From Amoebidium appalachense (lineage: Eukaryota; Protista; Ichthyosporea): a stretch of 64,000 nucleotides of DNA. The position numbers and the translations under genes were made by a program. Below, piece by piece: positions 54,996-64,000 of this stretch. The stretch spans positions 5,592,889 through 5,656,888 of the forward strand of contig CAVNZM010000012.1 of NCBI GenBank assembly GCA_963693365.1, read 5' to 3'. The notes beneath the pieces were generated by a model, which was not told the DNA's origin, made no database searches, and saw only the letters and a list, made by a program, of their open reading frames with translations. Numbering within the stretch: position 1 is the stretch's first letter; each line of letters begins with the position of its first letter.

Positions 54996-57900
54996 TGGAC
55001 CGGTCTTGGTGTCGGCCAGGCGGATGCCGCCTGTACCGGGTGGCATGTCGTGGGGAACGGGGTCGTCGGGCAAAATAAGATCCGCACGGGTGAGCATAAG
55101 CAGCTCACTGACACGAAAATAACACTCAAATCCAAGCAAAACAGCAATACCAAACAAGGGGCCAATTTTGGAATACAAATGATGGCCAATGACGAGGACC
55201 AATGAAAACGGAAGCGGGGGCGTGGTCTTTGCTGGAACAAGCCGGTTCCATCCCTGCAGGCTCCGTTGGGCGGCCTGCAGGTGTGGACCCAGGCGTGGCA
55301 TGAAATGCTTGATGCCGGCAGCTGTGTTGACACAGCGCTGACGCTGGCCACGCGATGGATCAATGGCATAACACTCCTCAAAATACTCCACCAGGAGGTC
55401 GTCCAGTTCGGCGGGGGACTTGGTGTCGGTACCAGGGGGCAACCAATCCAGGAACTCAACAACAGCATCCCGGTAGGACTTGAGGGTTGGGGGCTTGGTC
55501 AGCCAGAAAACCGCGAGGGACCATCTGCAGGATTGTGGGCTGACGGCAGCCAGACACAATACAAACGAATGTTGAGGGCAAGCGTGTAGGCAGCCACCTG
55601 GCGGCATACACGGTTCAGGCGTCGGGATGCTGAACGACCCTTAGCAACAGCCCCAAGCAGCGCCGTCGAATCAAGGCCCCAAAGGTAGCGGGAGCCCCGG
55701 GCAGCCGTAGACCGACCTAATCGACGAAGCCCCAGGAGCAAGGCTTCTCCCTCCAGAATGTTGATGTGGTCGGAGTGGCGCCAACGATGACTGATGTTGG
55801 TGGTCCACCGGCCACCAACAGCTGCCAGGATAGGTGCCGGGGGGGTCCAAATTTTTTGCTAAGTTTTGCAACTCTAGTCCCCGTTTTTCGCGCTTTTGTT
55901 CGTTTTTTCTCAAGTTTTTTTTGCCCAGGAGCGCGTGCTTAGCTTCAGCAGCATCTGGTAAGAGTTTTGCGTGCGCGCCGTTGCGTTTTCGCTGGTTTTC
56001 GGACGTTTTTTGCGGTGTCGGTTTTCCCACGTTTTTGCATTTTCCAGTCTTCGTTTTCAAGATTTCGTGCTCTAGTCTGGTTTGTGAGCATTGCAATGGC
56101 CCCTCCTCCTGCTCTGGTCGCCAAGGGGGCCGCTCTCCTCGAAAAGCTTTTGGAGATCTCTATCGATGCGGACGACGCAAGTCTCAAAAGTCTGGCCGTT
56201 TTGCAGTGGGTGACTGCCGTGGGTGACTGACGCATCGCTGCAGCCCGGGCAAGGAGCGACGCAGGCACCCGAATAGAAAGAACAAGAGACTGGCCGGCCT
56301 GCACATATCGGCGGAGGGAGGCATGCGATCTCCACCGACCACGCAGAGCAATCGTCTCGACCGAAACACCCCTGACGTAGTCTCTTGAGGCACCACCATG
56401 GCGAAGACTGTGAAGATGGAACCCATAATCGTTGAGGCCGAGGGAGTCACATGCCGCTTGGAACTTGGCACGCAGAACATCATACGAGAAAGGAAACCGC
56501 CGCGCAGAAGGGGGGGCACCACGGAACCAGAAAGACAGGATGGCCAACAGGGACGGATCGGTGATGGGGACAAACTGATTTGGACCGGTCTTGGTGTCGG
56601 CCAGGCGGATGCCGCCTGTACCGGATGGCATGTTGTGGGGAACGGGGTCGTCGGGCAAAACAAGATCCGCACAGGTGAGCATAAGCAGCTCACTGACACG
56701 AAAAAAACACTTCTTATGCCAACGTCGTCTTTACCAGCCCCAGCAAGAGTTGCAAAAACATAGCTAATAAATTGGGCCTAAAGAGACCTAAACACGCTCA
56801 GTAGCGCCGCAACTGACCTCCCTGGGGAAGCGCAAGCTCATTATATAGTGCGGCCCACATTTTTGCCTATGGAAATATGAAGAAATGACTTAGAACCTAT
56901 CAAATCCATGAAATCTTCCAAAATGGAATTTTGCTGCACATCAACCAATGAAAAATTTTCACAAGTGGCTAAAACCCCAAGATCACAAAGACCAAATCGA
57001 TTGCAGCCCATTCCGGACAAGATATAACTCAAACTCATCAATATATCCATATGGCATATCCCACAGAACATAAAAACAGCTAAAATAAACATGCTAGCAG
57101 CCTGAAACTTTGCACACACATCAAACACACCATGGCCTACAACCGCACGGGTGAGCATAAGCAGCTCACTGACACGAAAATAGCACTCAAATCCAAGCAA
57201 AACAACAATACCAAACAAGGGGCCAATTTTGGAATACAAATGATGGCCAATGACGAGGACCAATGAAAACGGAAGCGGGGGCGTGGTCTTTGCTGGAACA
57301 AGCCGGTTCCAGGGCCTGCAGGCTCCGTTGGGCGGCCTGCAGGTGTGGACCCAGGCGTGGCATGAAATGCTTGATGCCGGCAGCTGTGTTGACACAGCGC
57401 TGACGCTGGCCACGCGATGGATCAATGGCATAACACTCCTCAAAATACTCCACCAGGAGGTCGTCCAGTTCGGCGGGGGACTTGGTGTCGGTGCCAGGGG
57501 GCAACCTATCCAGGAACTCAACAACAGCATCCCGGTAGGCCTTGAGGGTTGGGGGCTTTATAGCCTGGTCAGCCAGAAAACCGCGAGGGACCATCTGCAG
57601 GATTGTGGGCTGACGGCAGCCACACACAATACAGACGAATGTCGAGGGCAAGCGTGTAGGCAGCCACCTGGTGCCGGGGGGCGGACGGGCTTGGCTCGTG
57701 CACAGGACCAGACAGCTGGCTGTAGTGGCCACGCCGGTTGCAGTGAGGAAGCACTTCGCGGAGAAGCGTTGCTGGAAGCACCCGGGACAGCACTGCACCA
57801 CCCAACAAGGAAGCATCAGTGCAGAACATGGTGCTAGCAAACCCAGAACGCAAATCACAACCCACCAAAGGGGCCAAAGCACACATCGCCTGAAGCTCCC

Positions 57901-58731
57901 ACACCACGGGCGGGGGAAGGGGCTGTTCCCGACCCCCCAGCTGCTCCACAAAACTGTAGACGGCACTCAGAACCGACAAAAGCGGCCGCTGCAGCAGTGC
58001 CGCCCACACCCAACCACCAAGCAACTGCTGCAAACGGAGCTGCGTGACGACACCACGACTCAACACGGCCTGGGTTTCCGCCACCAGACGGCACAAGGAA
58101 GCGCCACACGGTCGTAATATCCCAGAGCGATGCATTTCCAGGCCTAGCAGCACCATAGAGGATGACCAACCAGCAGCCACATCTTGACATTGGAGGGAAG
58201 ACCAGCCGGGCCGGTGACGCCATGATACGATTCACGCTGACGATGGATGGCGGTGGCATCTGTGCCGACCCAGCCACAGTCGTCCACATACAGGGCATGC
58301 TGCGTGGCCTCCACAGGCCGCGGCACTATCGCACAGAGGCGCTCAATGCGGGGCATGCCGGCTCGGTCAGCCAACTGCCCATGGACGTCTTGAGCCACAA
58401 GCACAGAATGCACCCAGCCCGTGGGCACGGTCTTGAGGGCCGGGTACACAAGCCGGTCGGGCCCAGAAATGCCAACAGCCTCCGAAGACACAGGCGGCAA
58501 TCCGAAGTACCGCCACAGCCACTCCGGGGCAAGAAGACGATGGAACTGGTTGTCGATGTCCGACTTGCCAAAATAGAGGCAATCCTCAGGCCCCAGCAAC
58601 AGATCGGCAAAATCGGCAGGTTTGGGCAGGTGCACCTTGAGGGCAGGATGATCACGGGCAAAGAACAGGTTGCCACGGCAGCCGTCAAAAATGACGCGGG
58701 CTCTGGTGTCTTTGGGGACCCCAAACAGCCC
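54996..58731 (-). mobile_element. Shuffled family-2 fragments (YR/RNaseH -, UTR/ORF1 start + at 55849-56207, YR -, B/A -, YR/RNaseH/RT -)
   Basis: Junctions at ~55846, 56207, 56711, 56747, 57143 and 57671 between segments matching other copies in the window. Confidence 0.85.
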
Positions 58732-59425
58732 ATTCTTATGCCAACGTCGTCTTTGCCAGCCCCAGCAAGGGGATACATGAGCCGGTGCCTGTGGATCAAT
58801 CTCACAAGCAGGCACAGGTGTGCTCCACAGGAGCAATGAAAAGAATGACAAATGTCATACAGAAACATGCTCAAAAAACGTAGCCTAGTGCCTAAATAGG
58901 CAAAGGGTGTGGTGGGTGGGCAAAAACTTAGCTACAAAATTGGGCCTAAAGAGACCTAAACGCGCTCAGTAGCGCCGCAACTGACCTCCCTGGGGCCGCG
59001 CAAGCTCATTATAGAGCGCGGCCCACATTTTTGCTTATGGAAATATGAAGAAATGACTTAGAACCTATCAAATCCATGAAATCTACCAAAATGGAATTTT
59101 TGCTGCACATCAACCAATGAAAAATTTTCACAAGTGGCTAAAACCCCTAGATCATAAAGACCAAATCGATTGCCGCCCATTTCGGACTAGATATAACTCA
59201 AACTCATCAATATATCCATGTGGCATATCCCACAGAACATAAAAACAGCTACAGCTCCCTAAATAAAAATGCTAGCAGCCTGAAACTTTGCACACACATC
59301 ACACACACCAAGACCTACAACATGTTACTACTACGAATTTTACAGCACACTCGCAACACACAATTTCACTCCAACGGGGCTATCTAATTCTCCTGCAAAG
59401 AAAACACGTTTACAAACTTAATATT
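58732..59425 (-). mobile_element. Solo A-C-B unit inserted in the RT region
   Basis: Removing it restores CAGCCCATT|GATGGCC. ATT (sense AAT) is present at both ends. Confidence 0.93.
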
Positions 59426-61396
59426 GATGGCCAGTGGTTTTTCCTTCGCCTCGAAATAGTGCACCATGCCGCAGTCTTGAAGCCGAAGAAGCAGGGGACC
59501 GTATTCCCCACTGGGAACGTGATGCGCCGGTCGGAAGCGGCGCAGCTCTGCAGGTGTCGGCGGAACAGGCTTGAGAAGGCCGCCGTCGCAGTTGGCCAAA
59601 AACGGCTCAGCGTAGGAGACAAAAACTGCAACACGTCCACTGTGGCTCCAACCCCAGGGGGTGGCAAAGCGGCATTTGCCGCCGTGAGAGGTAGCCATCC
59701 TGTCAATACAGGGTAGGCCGCGGGGAACGCAGCCAAGACACTACTCGCAGGCTGAGCGTCGTAGATTCCCGCGCGTATAGCATCGTAGCTGGCCCTAAGG
59801 ACAAAGGTCCACAGGGCATGGTGGTGACTGTTCACCAACCGGGTCGGGAATGGGCAAGGGCCGCCTGCCCACAGCTCGTTGAGGGCACCAAGACAACGGT
59901 TAGCCAAGGTAACCCCCTTCAGGCGGTGAGACAGACGTTGCCGACGGCGTTGACTCCGTAGACGGGCTTGTCCAGAACGGTCCGGCACAGGAATGGCCGG
60001 AACAGGAAACAAATCAGAGGCGGCAAAGACATGACGTGGCATAGCTGTGGAATCCTTAGAAAAATTAGGGGGCATATTTAATCAAGGGCACGTGGCAGGA
60101 AACCACAAGAAAATAATATACAGAACCGCGTGCCGAACCCCCAAAGGGCTGTTTAGGCCCTGTGCCCACCGGTCCCCGGAGGGGTCGATGGACTGGCTCC
60201 GGATGGGCCACTGCCGGGACCGCGCCGAGCTCAGCAGTCTGCACAGCCAGCAGACGGCGCACACCAACTTCCACAGCAGGTGACTCCTTGCGGGCCTTAG
60301 GGTCGGCGGCCAGCAGCAGATCCAGCGTACGGGCAAGCGTCAGAGCCTCCCGTTTGTTGCGGTAGCTGACCCAATCCGCCGTGTGGACAGCCGCAGTGAA
60401 CGAGGCCTGGTCAGCCAAGGTGCTCTTGAGGTAGGAAGGGGCCAGACGTTCTTTGACGCGCAGGTTGACTTTGGCGCCGCTGGAGAGCAGATAACGGCTG
60501 GGGTTGGGTTTGGAACGGCCAGAAAAACGACGGCTGCGAGAGGAACGACCGTAGCCACTGCTGCTGGAATCAGAATCCTCACTCGACGATGGGGTGTCTT
60601 CACTGCCGGTGTCGTACGCATAGACAGGCTCCTTGCCCTTTGCCCGCGCAGACAGCGTGCTCAGCAGGCCGCCGGCAGAGGGCTTCTTGGGGCGACCAGA
60701 CTGGGCAACAGAGAGGGCTTGCACTTGGGCAGAAAGCGCCTGCAGCTTCTCTTGGACGTCTACACCGTCAGAATGCCGCTGGGGAGAGGGCGACCCAGGT
60801 GGGGGGGAGGCACGGCCGCTGCGAATAGTGCGACAGAGCAAGTGCAGCTGGTCGGCGACTTTCCAACCGACCATCTCAGGGTCATCAAAAGCCACCGAGC
60901 GCGCCTTCAGGGCTGAAACCACACTGTTGACGGTTTCTGCCGGCAGGCTGTTCCAGGGGAGGGCATTGGACTGCAAAACGACCAGACTTTTGAGACTTGC
61001 GTCGTCCGCATCGGTAGAGATCTCCAAAAGCTTTTCAAGGAGAGCGGCGTGGTCTTTGCTGGAACAAGCCGGTTCCAGCCCTGCAGGCTTCGTTGGGCGG
61101 CCTGCAGGTGTGGACCCAGGCGTGGCATGAAATGCTTGATGCCGGCAGCTGTGTTGACACAGCGCTGACGCTGGCCAGGCGATGGATCAATGGCATAACA
61201 CTCCTCAAAATACTCCACCAGTAGGTCGTCCAGTTCGGCGGGGGACTTGGTGTCGGTGCCAGGGGGCAACCAATCAGGAACTCAACAACAGCATCCAGGT
61301 AGGCCTTGAGGGTTGGGGGCTTTATAGCCTGGTCAGCCAGAAAACCGCCAGGGACCATCTGCAGGATTGTGGGCTGACGGCAGCCACACACAATAC
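59426..61396 (-). mobile_element. Family-2 RT N-terminus and ORF1 (only copy with the ORF1 middle intact), fused to a YR fragment at 61047
   Basis: ORFs 59410-60075 and 60065-61027, with AGCGG microhomology at 61047. Confidence 0.87.
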
Positions 61397-61593
61397 CTGC
61401 CTACACTATGCTAATCAGCACAGGGACTGGACGCACACAGCAGTCAAAAGGCTCTACATCCCCGAATATTCGCTACCAATATCACCTGCATATCTCGCAC
61501 ACGGAGTCCTGTTACTCTGTCTCCGGTGCTGTCCAATGTTCTTGCAAAGAAAAAACGTTTACAAACTAATCATTATATTCGAAACAAAATGTG

Positions 61594-64000
61594 TTCTTAT
61601 GCCAACGTCGTCTTTACCAGCCCCAGCAAGGGGATACATGAGCCGGTGCCTGTGGGTCAATCTCACAAGCAGGCACCGGTGTGCTCCACAGGAGCAATTA
61701 AAAGAATATTTAATTTGCAGGAGAATTATATATAACCCCGTTGGAGTGAGATTGTGTGTTGCGAGTGTGCTGTAACATTCATAGTAGTTGCATGTTGTAG
61801 GCCTTGGTATGTTTGATGCGTGTGCAAAGTCTCAGGCTGCTAGCATTTTTATTGAGGGAGCTGTAGCTGTTTTTATGTTCTGTTGGATATGCCATATGGA
61901 TATAATGATGTATTTGAGTTATATCTAGTCCGAAATGGGCGGCAATTGATTTGGTCTTTGTGATCTAGGGGTTTTAGCCACTTGTGAAAAATTTTCATTG
62001 GTTGATGTGCAGCAAAAATTCCATTTTGGTAGATTTCATGGATTTGATAGGTTCTAAGTCTTTCTTCATATTTCCAGAGGCGAAAATGTGGGCCGCGCTA
62101 TGTAATGAGTTTGCGCGGCCCCAGGGAGGTCAGTTGCGGCGCTACTGAGCGCGTTCAGGTCTCTTTAGGCCCAATCTTTTAGCTAAGTTTTTGCAACTCT
62201 AGTCCCCGTTTTTCGCGCGGTTGTTCGTTTTTTCTCCAGTTTTTTTTGCCCAGGAGCGCGTGCGTAGCTTAGGCAGAGCATTTGGTAAGAATTTTGCGTG
62301 CACGCCGTTGCGTTTTAGCTGGTGTTCGGACGTTTTTTGAGGTGTCGTTTTTCCCGCGTTTTTGTATTTTCCAGTCTTCGTTTTCAAGTTTTCGTGCTCT
62401 AGTCTGGTTTTTGAGCATTGCAATGACCCCTCCTCCTGCTCTGGTCGCCAAGGGGGCCGCTCTCCTCGAAAAGCTTTTGGAGATCTCTATCGATGCGGAC
62501 GACGCAAGTCTCAAAAGTCTGGCCGTTTTGCAGTGGGGTGGGTGGGCAAAAACTTAGCTAAAAAATTGGGCCTAAAGAGACCTAAACGCGCTCAGTAGCG
62601 CCGCAACTGACCTCCCTGGGGTCGCGCAAGCTCATTATAGAGCGCGGCCCACATTTTTGCCTATGGAAATATGAAGAAATGACTTAGAACCTATCAAATC
62701 CATGAAATCTACCAAAATTTTGCTGCACATCAACCAATGAAAAATTTTCACAAGTGGCTAAAACCCCTAGATCACAAAGACTAAATCAATTGCCGCCCAT
62801 TTCGGACTAGATATAACTCAAACTCATCAATATATCCATATGGCATATCCCACAGAACATAAAAACAGCTACAGCTCCCTAAATAAAAATGCTAGCAGCC
62901 TGAAACTTTGCACACACATCAAACACACCAAGGCCTACACCATGCTACTACTACGAACTTTACAGCACACCCGCAACACACAATTTCACTCCAACGGGGC
63001 TATCTAATTCTCCTGCAAAGAAAACACATTTACAAACTTAATATTCTTATGCCAACGTCGTCTTTACCAGCCCCAGCAAGGGGGTACATGAACCGGTGCC
63101 TGTGGATCAATCTCACAAGCAGGCACAGGTGTGCTCCACCACTCCCTACCTGGCACGGGAAGGAACGAACCATGCCGTGGGTGACTGACGCAGCGCTGCA
63201 GCCCGGGCAAGGAGCGACGCAGGCACGCGAATAGAAAGAACAAGAGACTGGCCGGCCTGCACATACCGGCGGAGGGAGGCATGCGATCTCCATCGACCAC
63301 GCAGAGCGATCGTCTCTACTGAAACACCCCTGACATAGTCTCTTGAGGCACCACCATGGCGAAGACTGTGAAGATGGAACCCATACTCGTTGAGGCCGAG
63401 GGAGTCACATGCCGCTTGGAACTTGGAACGCAGAACATCATACGAGAAAGGAAACAGCCGCGCAGAAGGGGGGGCGCCACGGAACCAGAAAGACAGGATG
63501 GCCAACAGGGACGGATCGGTGATGGGGACAATATTAAGTTTGTAATCGTGTTTTCTTTGCAGGAGAATTAGATAGCCCCGTTGGAGTGAAATTGTGTGTT
63601 GCGAATGTGCTGTAAACTTCGTGGTAGTATAATGCTGTAGGCCATGGTGTGTTTGATGTGTGTGCAAAGTTTCAGGCTGCTAGCATTTTTATTTAGGGAG
63701 CTGTAGCTGTTTTTATGTTCTGTGGGATATGCCATATGGATATATTGATGAGTTTGAGTTATATCTAGTCCGAAATGGGCGGCAATCGATTTGGTCTTTA
63801 TGATCTAGGGGTTTTAGCCACTTGTGGAAATTTTTCATTGGTTGATGTGCCGCAAAAATTCCATTTTGGTAGATTTCATGGATTTGATAGGTTCTAAGTC
63901 ATTTCTTCATATTTCCATAGGCAAAAATGTGGGCCGCGCTCTATAATGAGCTTGCGCGGCCCCAGGGAGGTCAGTTGCGGCGCTACTGAGCGCGTTTAGG
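61594..64000. mobile_element. Further family-2 fragments: B(-), A1-UTR-ORF1 start(+), A-B-YR(-), A(+)
   Basis: B at 61594-61697 and A at 61705-62194, ORF1 ATG at 62423 broken at 62534. 62537-64000 duplicates 52220-53683. Confidence 0.87.

Larger units (their letters stand above)
42509..64000. mobile_element. Nested, scrambled cluster of a split-direct-repeat (PAT/Ngaro-like) tyrosine-recombinase retrotransposon, family 2
   Basis: Nearly all sequence maps to one element: A(~500 bp)-UTR-ORF1-RT/RNaseH-YR-B(~95 bp)-A-C(~90 bp)-B, in fragments on both strands. Confidence 0.93.

Noticed and set aside
42509-64000. CRISPR-like repeat-spacer array (repeats alternating with transposon fragments)
   Set aside because: The repeats are the element's own 95-690-bp termini, in both orientations and at irregular spacing, with no cas genes. 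Nesting and deletion explain the pattern.

Overview
Intron-rich, GC-rich eukaryotic genomic DNA, probably from a unicellular eukaryote; the lineage cannot be fixed from the sequence alone. 1-28.2 kb is a compact gene region: SEC63 (-, runs off the left edge), NOG1 (+), an MGMT/Ogt-type alkyltransferase (-), a homeodomain-ankyrin-coiled-coil protein (+), a tandem-C1-domain/actin fusion (+) and exosome subunit RRP45 (+). Introns are GT-AG with a strong CTRAC branch point, G-tracts and (GT)n/(CA)n microsatellites. 29-42 kb holds transposon debris: a Tc1/mariner-like relic, a defective DIRS/Ngaro-type tyrosine-recombinase (YR) retrotransposon with 351-bp direct repeats, and a piggyBac-like TTAA MITE. 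From 42.5 kb to the window end lies a dense, scrambled, self-nested cluster of a second YR retrotransposon with split direct repeats (A-ORF1-RT/RNaseH-YR-B-A-C-B). It shows repeated insertion into itself at an AA(T) core, precise 690-bp non-coding A-C-B units, a recurrent breakpoint and a duplication at 10,317-bp offset. Exon boundaries and junction positions were read by eye, and homopolymer lengths may contain sequencing errors.
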